Shown piece after piece: positions 26,427 to 35,163 of a stretch of 64,000 nt of DNA. The DNA lies in assembly GCA_944372545.1 (NCBI GenBank), contig CALVZO010000041.1, forward strand, positions 3,325 through 67,324, in the 5' to 3' direction. Position numbers and translations under genes: made by a program. The DNA comes from an uncultured Bacilli bacterium (GTDB lineage: Bacteria > Bacillota_I > Bacilli_A > RF39 > UBA660). The notes beneath the pieces were generated by a model. It saw only the letters and a list, made by a program, of their open reading frames with translations. It was not told where the DNA came from and made no database searches. How positions within the stretch are numbered: position 1 is the first letter of the stretch; each line of letters begins with the position of its first letter.

Positions 26427-26616
26427 TATTGCAATTTAATTTTTAATAAGATAATATCGTTACTGAAAGCGGGTTTTGGTTGTATATATTTAAAATTATT
26501 TTCTTTATTTATTATTTTTTATTTTGTTTTATCTACCCTAACTTATCCCTAAAACTTTAATCCCGCTTTCAAAAAAAATTTAAGTATGATAAAATACTTA
26601 CTTAGGAAGTGGTATT

Positions 26617-28014
26617 ATGCATTTGCCAGATTTAAGTATTGCAAAAGAAAGAGGCAAAAAAGAAAATAAATATATAACTTTAAATGAAAATTATCAAAAA
26701 GTTTTTACGGGTCAAAAATATTTTTTAAGAACTTATGGCTGTCAAATGAATGTTCATGATAGTGAAGCAATTCGTAGTTACTTAGAAGTTCTGGGGTATA
26801 GCCCAGCTGAAGATATAAATGATGCTAATATAGTTGTTTTAAATACATGTGCAATAAGAGAAAATGCTAAAGATAAAGTAGTGGGCTTTTTAGGTAAATG
26901 TAAATACTTAAAAAAGATGAAAGATAACTTTAAAATAGTTTTAGCTGGTTGTATGTGTGAACAACCTGATTTTATAAAAGAAGTTCAAACTAAATATAAT
27001 TATGTTGATATAGTTATTGGTACTCATAATATCCATGATTTACCTAAACTTTTATTACAAGATTTAGATACACAAAAAATTGAAGTTTACTCAAATAGCG
27101 ATGAAGTAATTGAAGGAATTAAATATAAAAGAGATAGTGAAATTACGGCTTGGGTAAATATTCAACTTGGTTGTGATAAATTTTGTACTTATTGTATAGT
27201 GCCTTATACAAGAGGAAGAGAAAGAAGTAGAAAAAAAGAAAGTATTATTGAAGAAGTAAAACATTTAGTAAATCATGGTTATAAAGAAGTTGCTTTGCTT
27301 GGTCAAAATGTTAATGCTTATGGAAAGGATATTAATGAAAAATTTAGTGATTTACTAGAAGGGGTTGCGAAAACAGGAATTGAAAGAGTTCGTTTTGTTA
27401 CAAGTCACCCTTGGAATTTTACAGATGAAATGATTGATGTTATTAGCAAATACCCAAATATTATGCCTTATATTCATTTACCAATTCAGTCTGGTAGTGA
27501 TAAAATTCTTAAGAAAATGAACAGAAGATATACGAAAGAAGAATATTTAGAATTATTTTCTAAAATGAAAGAAAGAATTCCTAATGTAGCGATTACAACC
27601 GATATAATTGTGGGGTTCCCTGGCGAAACGGAAGAAGATTTTGAAGAAACCCTTGATATTGTCAACAAATGTCAATTTGACGGCGCTTATACATTTGTAT
27701 TTTCGCCTCGTATTGGTACTCCGGCATCTCTTATGAAAGATGATACTCCAATTAATATAAAGGAAGAAAGATTACATCGTTTAAATGAGTTAGTTAATAA
27801 ATATTCCAAATTAAATAATCAAAAATTACTAAATAAAGTAGTAGAGGTTTTAGTACTTGGAGTTAGTGAAAAAGATAATAATAAAGTCTATGGTTATACA
27901 GATACAATGAAATTAGTAAATATTAAAGGTAGTAAAGAGATAATTGGCAGTATTATAAAAGTTAAAATAACTGATGCAAAAAGTTTTAGTTTAGATGGAG
28001 AGTATATCAAATAG
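26617..28014 (+). CDS. miaB: tRNA-i6A37 methylthiotransferase MiaB
   Basis: UPF0004 N-domain (TYGCQMN), radical-SAM CDKFCTYCIVP and a C-terminal TRAM domain. Confidence 0.9.
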   Translation: MHLPDLSIAKERGKKENKYITLNENYQKVFTGQKYFLRTYGCQMNVHDSEAIRSYLEVLGYSPAEDINDANIVVLNTCAIRENAKDKVVGFLGKCKYLKKMKDNFKIVLAGCMCEQPDFIKEVQTKYNYVDIVIGTHNIHDLPKLLLQDLDTQKIEVYSNSDEVIEGIKYKRDSEITAWVNIQLGCDKFCTYCIVPYTRGRERSRKKESIIEEVKHLVNHGYKEVALLGQNVNAYGKDINEKFSDLLEGVAKTGIERVRFVTSHPWNFTDEMIDVISKYPNIMPYIHLPIQSGSDKILKKMNRRYTKEEYLELFSKMKERIPNVAITTDIIVGFPGETEEDFEETLDIVNKCQFDGAYTFVFSPRIGTPASLMKDDTPINIKEERLHRLNELVNKYSKLNNQKLLNKVVEVLVLGVSEKDNNKVYGYTDTMKLVNIKGSKEIIGSIIKVKITDAKSFSLDGEYIK

Positions 28015-28027
28015 TTATACTCTTTTT
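28000..28027 (+). terminator. miaB terminator
   Basis: Hairpin gagtata/tatactc overlapping the stop codon, followed by ttttt. Confidence 0.7.
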
Positions 28028-28115
28028 ATGTAAATTGACAATATTTTACAGGTTTGGTTACAGTTTGCGTCTTATTTTAGAATATAGTATAATATAAATG
28101 CCAAAGAGGTGAATC

Positions 28116-28616
28116 ATGAAAAAGATTAAAAAAGTTTGGGAAGAAAATAAAGTGCTACTAGTATTAGCAGTTATTTTAATAATTTGTTTAGTAGTAGTAG
28201 CTATTGTGTCACTTACATATTTTTATGGCTCAAGTGATAATGTTTATGGAGATAGACTAAATGAAATAGAGAATACTCCTATTAGTTCTAAGTTACTTAC
28301 TGATATTGAAAGTGAATTAAAAACTAATGAAAGTGTTTTAGAAGTTGAAAGTAATGTTAAAGGAAAAATTGTCTACATTAGTATAAAGTTTGTGGAAGCA
28401 ACTAAAATGGAAGATGCCAAAGTTATTGCAGAAAGTGTCATTGAATTATTTAATGAAGATGAATTATCATTATATGATATTAATTTTACAATTAATTCTT
28501 TATCAACAACTGATTTTGTTGGCTATACTTTAATGGGCTCAAGAAATGCTGCCGGAAATGGTACTATTGTATGGAACAACTATAATATTCAAGAAGATAC
28601 TGAGGAAGAAGATTAA
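28116..28616 (+). CDS. Hypothetical membrane-anchored protein
   Basis: 166-aa ORF with good RBS (agaggtga) and one N-terminal TM helix. Precedes the GGDEF-like gene by 2 nt. Confidence 0.4.
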   Translation: MKKIKKVWEENKVLLVLAVILIICLVVVAIVSLTYFYGSSDNVYGDRLNEIENTPISSKLLTDIESELKTNESVLEVESNVKGKIVYISIKFVEATKMEDAKVIAESVIELFNEDELSLYDINFTINSLSTTDFVGYTLMGSRNAAGNGTIVWNNYNIQEDTEEED

Positions 28617-28618
28617 TT

Positions 28619-30622
28619 ATGAAAAAGAAAAAATATATATTTACTAGTATAGGAATACTTATTACTCTTATTGTAATAGGTATTATTACTTTTGCTTTTT
28701 TAAATGATGAATATAAACTTAGTAGTGAAGAAAGAACATGGATTAATCAAAATATTAATAATATTCAAAATATTAATGTCGCAAGAGATGCAAATATATT
28801 TAGTAAAAATGGTGAAGGTGTTTATTATTCTTTTTTAAATGATTTTAGTGAAGAATATGGAATTAAATTTAATATGGTAACTAGCACTGATAGTACTAGT
28901 AATAATGCCTTTACTTATACAAAAGTAGTTGGAGATAATGATTACATCTTATATACTGACCATTATGTACTAGTATCTAATAATAATGAAATAATTAAAA
29001 GTAATAGTGATTTAGAAAATAAAGTAATTGGAGTTTTAAATAATGATTTAGATTATATCAAAAGTTATTTAAAAGATAGTAGTATTAACTTTAATGGTTA
29101 TGAAGATAGTGATACATTAATTAGTGCTTTAGGTAGTAATGTAAACTACATCTTAATCCCTAGAATTCTTTATTTAGATGAAATATTAAGTAATAATTTA
29201 GAAATAATATATCATTTAAGTGATATAAATATTTATTATACATTTCATAGTAATAATGATACTTTAAGTAATATATTAATAAAATATTTACATAGATGGA
29301 CAAGTGAATTTAATAAATCTTTAAAAGAAGAAGAATTTAAATTATTTACTAGTAGTCTAAATATTACAGATCAAGAAGTAGATAAATTATTAAGTGTTGA
29401 TTATAAATATGGTTTTATTAATAATTCTCCTTATGAAGTTATTATGAGTGGTAATTATGGAGGAATAGTAGCAGAATATTTACAAGAATTTAGTGAATTT
29501 TCTGGAGTATACTTTGATATTACTAAATATAAAAATACAAATAAATTAGTAAATGCAATTAATAAAGGTAATGTTGATTTATATTTTTCTTTTAATGATA
29601 ACTTTGAAACAACTTATAATGAAACTAGTAAAGGAATTAATAGTAGTATTTCTATTATAACTAGTAAAACAAGTGAAAAAATTATTAATTCTGTTTATAG
29701 TATTCAAGGAGAAACTGTTTATGTAGAAGATGGTAGTAATATTTATAATTATTTAGAAAGTATAGGTAATATCGATTTAAAAACTTATAGTACTAGTAAA
29801 GAGTTATTCAAACTTAATAAAGAAGATGTAATTATTGCAATGGATTCTTATATATTTAATTATTATCAAGATAGTAAATTAGATAATTATATTAGTAAAT
29901 ATAATACTTTCTTTGAAGATAAATATACTTTTAAAATTAATAGTGAATATACAACTCTTTATACATTACTTGATGAATATATAAGCTATTTAGATAATTT
30001 AACTGTAATAAATAATGGAATAAATAGTCATAATGAAACTATTCAAAATGGAATGTTTTTTAATAAACTTGCTATTTATTTAATTATATTTATTGTATCT
30101 ATTTTATTAGTTATCTTTATTTATTATAAAAAGAGTAAGAAGATAAGATTAACTAAGAGAATTAAAAAAGATGATAAAATAAGATTTATTGATGAACTTA
30201 CATGTTTAAAAAATAGAGTTTACCTAAGTGATTTCTTAAAAACATGGAGTAATAATACAATATATCCCCAAACAATTATAGTAATAGATTTAAATAAAAT
30301 AAAAGATATTAATGATTTATATGGTTTAGAAGAAGGAGATAAACAAATTCAAGCATTTGCTAATGCCTTAATTAAAACGCAACTTGATAATAGTGATTTA
30401 ATGCGTAGTGATGGTAATGAATTTGTTATCTATACAGTAGGGTATACCCAAAAACAAATAATAAATTATATTCATAAACTTAGTAAAGAAATAAAGAAAT
30501 TGCCTTATAATTATGGGGCAGAATTTGGTTATAGTATCATTGAAAATAATTTAAAAACTATTGAAGATGCTTTAAATGAAGCAATTGAAGATATGAAAAA
30601 GAAAAAGAGTGAAAAGAAGTGA
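28619..30622 (+). CDS. Membrane sensor with extracytoplasmic domain and degenerate GGDEF domain
   Basis: TM helix, an approximately 450-aa extracytoplasmic region, a second TM helix, then a GGDEF-fold (DELTCLKNR, IDLNKIKDINDLYG). The signature reads DGNEF (nt 30410-30424). Confidence 0.6.
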   Translation: MKKKKYIFTSIGILITLIVIGIITFAFLNDEYKLSSEERTWINQNINNIQNINVARDANIFSKNGEGVYYSFLNDFSEEYGIKFNMVTSTDSTSNNAFTYTKVVGDNDYILYTDHYVLVSNNNEIIKSNSDLENKVIGVLNNDLDYIKSYLKDSSINFNGYEDSDTLISALGSNVNYILIPRILYLDEILSNNLEIIYHLSDINIYYTFHSNNDTLSNILIKYLHRWTSEFNKSLKEEEFKLFTSSLNITDQEVDKLLSVDYKYGFINNSPYEVIMSGNYGGIVAEYLQEFSEFSGVYFDITKYKNTNKLVNAINKGNVDLYFSFNDNFETTYNETSKGINSSISIITSKTSEKIINSVYSIQGETVYVEDGSNIYNYLESIGNIDLKTYSTSKELFKLNKEDVIIAMDSYIFNYYQDSKLDNYISKYNTFFEDKYTFKINSEYTTLYTLLDEYISYLDNLTVINNGINSHNETIQNGMFFNKLAIYLIIFIVSILLVIFIYYKKSKKIRLTKRIKKDDKIRFIDELTCLKNRVYLSDFLKTWSNNTIYPQTIIVIDLNKIKDINDLYGLEEGDKQIQAFANALIKTQLDNSDLMRSDGNEFVIYTVGYTQKQIINYIHKLSKEIKKLPYNYGAEFGYSIIENNLKTIEDALNEAIEDMKKKKSEKK

Positions 30623-31479
30623 AAAGATTAGATAAAGCAAAAAGGACAATTAAAGAATTTTGGCGAGATTTCTTAAAAGTTTTAAGAAGACCAGATATGA
30701 TTTTACTTCCTGGTAACTTATCTTTCTTTTTTGTTCTTGCTATAATCCCAACATTTAGTTTAATAAGTTATGGAGCATCTCTTCTTAATTTATCAGTCGA
30801 TTTTCTTTATAACTTCTTAGCCACTTCATTTTCCAAAGATATTGCTGATATTATTCTAGGAGTTAATATTGGTTTATCTGTTGGAGTTGACTTTTTCTTA
30901 ACTCTTTTAGTTGGGTTATATATTGCCTCTAATAGTGCAGATTCTATTATTACAACAAGTAATACAATATATGGTATAGAAAATAATAGTTGGTTAAAAA
31001 GAAGAGTAAAAGCCTTTTTCTTATCATTTTTAATTGTAGTACTTCTAATATTTATGTTAATTGTTCCTGTATTTGGTAATACTATAATTAATTTATTTGA
31101 GGAAGTTAATTTAAATTCAACAATTACTAATCAAATAATTGCTATTTTAAATTTATTAAAAGGTCCAATTTCTTGGCTTATTATCTTTATAATTATCAAA
31201 GTTATTTATGCTTATGCTCCCGATAAAAAAAGAAAAAATAGAGTATTAAATTATGGGGCTTTATTTACTACTATTGGTTTTATAATAGGTACAAAAATAT
31301 ATTCTATGTATGTTACTCATTATGCAAGTTACACGGCTTTATATGGAAGTCTTGCTAGTATTGTAGTTTTAATGATTTGGATTTATTTCTTATCATATAT
31401 TTTTACTATTGGTATTGCTCTTAATTATGAAAAAGATGAGAGTAATATGTCAAAAAATGGTATAGTAAAAGACAAATAA
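30619..31479 (+). CDS. YihY/BrkB family membrane protein
   Basis: Six-TM ORF with the typical N-terminal basic region and LSFFFVLAIIPTF motif. GTGA overlap with the upstream gene. Confidence 0.7.
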   Translation: MKRLDKAKRTIKEFWRDFLKVLRRPDMILLPGNLSFFFVLAIIPTFSLISYGASLLNLSVDFLYNFLATSFSKDIADIILGVNIGLSVGVDFFLTLLVGLYIASNSADSIITTSNTIYGIENNSWLKRRVKAFFLSFLIVVLLIFMLIVPVFGNTIINLFEEVNLNSTITNQIIAILNLLKGPISWLIIFIIIKVIYAYAPDKKRKNRVLNYGALFTTIGFIIGTKIYSMYVTHYASYTALYGSLASIVVLMIWIYFLSYIFTIGIALNYEKDESNMSKNGIVKDK

Positions 31480-31492
31480 ATGTCAATAATAT

Positions 31493-31530
31493 AACTATGT
31501 ACACAAGTATTACTTGTACATAGTTTTTTC
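31493..31530 (+). terminator. Rho-independent terminator
   Basis: Long hairpin aactatgtaca..tgtacatagtt followed by a T-run. Confidence 0.75.
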
Positions 31531-31655
31531 TTTAATCTCAAGGAAGTATTTATTACTAACGATTTTAAAGGGTAATACTTAAAAGGAAATTTTATTCCTT
31601 TTTTTAATGCTTTTAAAATATTTTCATGATATGCTTATTACAAGGTGGTAGTTAT

Positions 31656-32855
31656 ATGGAAACAAATTTACAAATAGGTATTTTACCTAATGAATTTTTA
31701 AATGAAGATGGTACTTTTGCTAAAGAAAGAGCCCTTAATTTATCGGGCAAAATTGCTGGTGTTTGTTATGACAAAGAAGGTTTTAATCATTTATTAAATG
31801 AAAGTGAACAAAAGACTTTAAGAAGAATTGATATGACTTTAAATAATGGACATCATAGTGTTTATGATCATATAATGATTAGTTTTAATATAAGAAATAT
31901 TCCAAAAATATTAGCAATGATTTTAAATAATGAACATGAGTATACGACAAGTGAAAAATCTGCTCGTTATACGAAAGTAGAAAGAAAAGATAATTCTTTT
32001 ATAACTAGTGTGGAAGAAGAACTATATAATAAATGGTTAGATATTTTTTTCATTAAAATTAAAGATAAATATGGTAATGTTTATAGTGATAGTAAAATAA
32101 AGAAATTAGCCCAAGAAAATGCACGTTATTTAGTAACGGTATTTATGCCAACGGAAATGATTTACACAACTAGTTTAAGACAAATAAATTATATTGCATC
32201 TTGGTTAATAGAATATTCACAAAATACAAGCAAAGATAATGAATTTGGTAGAAGAATATCTTTATCTATTAATGATTTTATAAAAGAATTAGAAAGATTA
32301 AATATTTTAGAACCAGGGCTAATGCAAAATGAAAAGGCAAGAAGTATTTCCTTATTTAATGAAAATGTTGATTTAACAAAAGAATATTTTGGTAATGTAT
32401 ACGCAACAAAATATCAAGCATCATTTGCGTATCTTGCTCAAGCCCAAAGACATAGAACGCTAGATTATCAAATGAAGAGAAATGAAAATAAAGAATATTT
32501 TGTTCCGCCAATAATTATGGACGATACTAATCTTACAAATGAGTGGTTAAAAGATATAGAAAGTGTAAGTGAAGTAATTCCTCAAGGAGAATTAGTAACT
32601 ATTAGTGAAATGGGAAAATATGAAGATTTTATCTTAAAATGTAAAGAAAGATTATGTAGTGAGGCTCAATTAGAAATAATGAAAAAAACTAGAGAATTAC
32701 TATTACAATATAGAGATGCAATAGTTAGTTCTAATCATTATTTAAAAGAAGATATTATAAAATATACTAAGGGTGCAAGATGCACTTTCCCTGATTTTAC
32801 TTGTCATAGCGATTGTCATTTTAATGAAGGTAAAACTTTAGTTAGAAAAATATAG
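31656..32855 (+). CDS. Long ThyX-family (flavin-dependent thymidylate synthase-like) protein
   Basis: NNGHHSVYDHIMISF and TTSEKSARYTK resemble the ThyX core, and RHRT appears later (AQAQRHRTLDYQ). About 400 aa, against about 220 for classical ThyX. Start moved to ATG 31656 behind aaggtgg. Confidence 0.5.
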   Translation: METNLQIGILPNEFLNEDGTFAKERALNLSGKIAGVCYDKEGFNHLLNESEQKTLRRIDMTLNNGHHSVYDHIMISFNIRNIPKILAMILNNEHEYTTSEKSARYTKVERKDNSFITSVEEELYNKWLDIFFIKIKDKYGNVYSDSKIKKLAQENARYLVTVFMPTEMIYTTSLRQINYIASWLIEYSQNTSKDNEFGRRISLSINDFIKELERLNILEPGLMQNEKARSISLFNENVDLTKEYFGNVYATKYQASFAYLAQAQRHRTLDYQMKRNENKEYFVPPIIMDDTNLTNEWLKDIESVSEVIPQGELVTISEMGKYEDFILKCKERLCSEAQLEIMKKTRELLLQYRDAIVSSNHYLKEDIIKYTKGARCTFPDFTCHSDCHFNEGKTLVRKI

Positions 32856-32861
32856 GTACTT

Positions 32862-33737
32862 ATGGAAAATGTAATACATGATTTAGAAACATTTTATAAT
32901 TATAATATGCGAGTTAAAAAGATGATGACTTATTCTCCAAGATTAGATATGGGTGAAGAAGAAACAATTGAATATGTTGATAAATTATTTAAAAACATAG
33001 TTTATATGAAAGATATATTTATTGGTATGATTCAATTATGTGGAGAAAGTAATCAAGCATTTGATTATGTAATAAAATTATTTGCTAAATATCAAAATTT
33101 ATTATTAAAATGTCATTATAATCTTAAAAAATTACAAGTATTTTATAATGAGTGTATTTCTTCAATGAATACATCTTTAATTGAAAGTATAAATAGAGAA
33201 ATTATGGGTTATTATTTATTTAATGACTATATTCATTTATTATTTAAATGTAAAACAATTAATGAAATGCTTCATTTATTTCATGCTTATGTTGTTAACA
33301 CAGAAAGTTTTTATGATAATACTCCTGTAGTGGAAGCAAAGAAAATAAATAATCAAGAAGTATATTTAAGGGGAGATGATAGTGAATTAGCAAGTAATTT
33401 ATTTAAGGCAATAGATTTTGATTTAGGTAGTGATAAAATAGATATTATATCTTTTAGTAATAATAAAATATTATTAATGGCAAGAGATTTAGGACATGCT
33501 TTAACTATGGAAATTAATATAGGTAAAGATATTGCTGAAGTAAATTATTATATACCTAAAGTATGTAATTATTTAATGGTTAATAAATTAAGAGGAATAA
33601 ATAAGGTTAAAGTAGATGATGATGGTAATTTATTAACTCCTTATGCTAAAGGGGCTTATGATGTAGAGAAAAATGAATTAATTACAAGTTTAATTGAATT
33701 ATTAAAAGGAGTCCAAGAGATGATGATATGCATTTAG
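32862..33737 (+). CDS. Hypothetical protein
   Basis: 291-aa ORF starting 6 nt after the ThyX-like stop. No motif recognised. Confidence 0.4.
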   Translation: MENVIHDLETFYNYNMRVKKMMTYSPRLDMGEEETIEYVDKLFKNIVYMKDIFIGMIQLCGESNQAFDYVIKLFAKYQNLLLKCHYNLKKLQVFYNECISSMNTSLIESINREIMGYYLFNDYIHLLFKCKTINEMLHLFHAYVVNTESFYDNTPVVEAKKINNQEVYLRGDDSELASNLFKAIDFDLGSDKIDIISFSNNKILLMARDLGHALTMEINIGKDIAEVNYYIPKVCNYLMVNKLRGINKVKVDDDGNLLTPYAKGAYDVEKNELITSLIELLKGVQEMMICI

Positions 33738-33783
33738 AAGGTGGACTTTATTATAATAAAGGAAGATAAGAAAGAAGGTTAAT

Positions 33784-34158
33784 ATGAAAATTTATTTATG
33801 TAAAAAATGTGGAAATATTGTTTTAAAATTAGAAGATGAAAGTGAAAGTTTAGTTTGTTGTGGTGAAAAGATGGAATTGTTAATTCCGGGTGCAGTTGAT
33901 GGAGCAGTAGAAAAACATTTACCTATATATGAAATAAATGATGGTAAAATTAAAATAAGTGTGGGAAGTGTAATACACCCAATGAGTGAAGAACATTATA
34001 TATCATTTATTATTTTAGCAAGTAATGATAACTATTTAATTAAGAGGTTAGATTTTACTAGTAGTCCTAAAGTTGTATTTGATTATAATGAAAGTTATAA
34101 TAAAATTTATGCTTATTGTAATTTACATGGCTTATGGCTTACAGAAATTAAGAGGTAA
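33784..34158 (+). CDS. Desulfoferrodoxin (superoxide reductase, 2Fe type)
   Basis: Desulforedoxin-like CKKCG...CCG N-domain and a neelaredoxin-like C-domain (HPMSEEHYISFI, CNLHGLW). Confidence 0.8.
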   Translation: MKIYLCKKCGNIVLKLEDESESLVCCGEKMELLIPGAVDGAVEKHLPIYEINDGKIKISVGSVIHPMSEEHYISFIILASNDNYLIKRLDFTSSPKVVFDYNESYNKIYAYCNLHGLWLTEIKR

Positions 34159-34226
34159 TTAAAGAAAATATTATCTTGATGGTAATATTTTTTTCTTGTG
34201 CTATAATATTTATAAAGGTGATTAAA

Positions 34227-34577
34227 TTGAAAAAAATATTTACTATTATCTTAATTTTATTAAATGTATCAATTGTAAATGCTATCTCTAATCCATATAA
34301 AGAAACAGGTACTTATGGTACTAATTGTACTTGGTATGTCTGGAATTATGTTTATAAAAATAAAGGTATTGCTCTTCCTTCTTGGGGAAATGCTAAAAAT
34401 TGGTATAAAGATGCTAGTGCTGATGGTTTTGAAGTAGGTAGTACTCCAAGGGCTAATTCAATTGTAGTTTGGGGTAGTTGGACAAGTTATGGTCATATTG
34501 GTTATGTTGAAAGTACAGATGGTAATACTATTAAAGTTTGGAATTCTGCAAGAAGTTGTATTGATGGAAAGAAATAG
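34227..34577 (+). CDS. Secreted CHAP-domain protein (short)
   Basis: Signal peptide LKKIFTIILILLNVSIVNA, catalytic Cys context NCTWYVW and His context YGHIGYVES. TTG start behind aaaggtg. A TATAAT at 34202 excludes the longer ORF-track start. Confidence 0.6.
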   Translation: MKKIFTIILILLNVSIVNAISNPYKETGTYGTNCTWYVWNYVYKNKGIALPSWGNAKNWYKDASADGFEVGSTPRANSIVVWGSWTSYGHIGYVESTDGNTIKVWNSARSCIDGKK

Positions 34578-35079
34578 ATGTAGTTGGGTTAATTTAAATA
34601 ATCCCCAATATGTAAATTATCATGATAATGAATTTGGTATATTAACAGATAATAATTATAAATTATGGGAATATTTAGTACTTGAAATAATGCAAGCGGG
34701 TTTATCTTTTGAATGTATTTTAAATAAAAGAGAAGATATAAGAAAATCTTTTAGTAATTTTGATTACTATAAAATAAAAAATTATAATAAAGATAAACTA
34801 AATGAATTATTAAGTAATAAAAATATAATTAGAAATAAATTAAAAATAGAGGCAATTATTAATAATAGTCAAATATTTATAAATATAATTAATGAATATA
34901 GTAATTTTTTAAATTATTTAAAACAATTTAATAATGCTAATTTAGTAAGTGATATAACTAAAGATTTGAAAAGAAGAGGTATGAAATTTATTGGCCCAGT
35001 TATTATTAAATCTTATTTAGAAGCCATTGGGTTAATAGATGGTCATGAAAAAATATGCTTTTTACATAAAAAACTTTAA
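34564..35079 (+). CDS. tag: DNA-3-methyladenine glycosylase I
   Basis: RCSWVNLNNPQYVNYHDNEFG start and the later Tag blocks. Start ATG 34564 overlaps the CHAP gene by 14 nt. Confidence 0.85.
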   Translation: MERNRCSWVNLNNPQYVNYHDNEFGILTDNNYKLWEYLVLEIMQAGLSFECILNKREDIRKSFSNFDYYKIKNYNKDKLNELLSNKNIIRNKLKIEAIINNSQIFINIINEYSNFLNYLKQFNNANLVSDITKDLKRRGMKFIGPVIIKSYLEAIGLIDGHEKICFLHKKL

Positions 35080-35163
35080 TTGTGTGTTTTTTTCGTGAAT
35101 TATCTTCTTTTTTTGTTTTCAAAATTTATATTTTTGCTATAATTCTTAGTGGAAGGAATGTCC

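Noticed and set aside
26349-26552. 67-aa ORF downstream of the nitroreductase fusion gene
   Set aside because: It has no RBS and a product made of low-complexity hydrophobic sequence. It spans the 0A box and the inverted-repeat element. I treat the region as non-coding.
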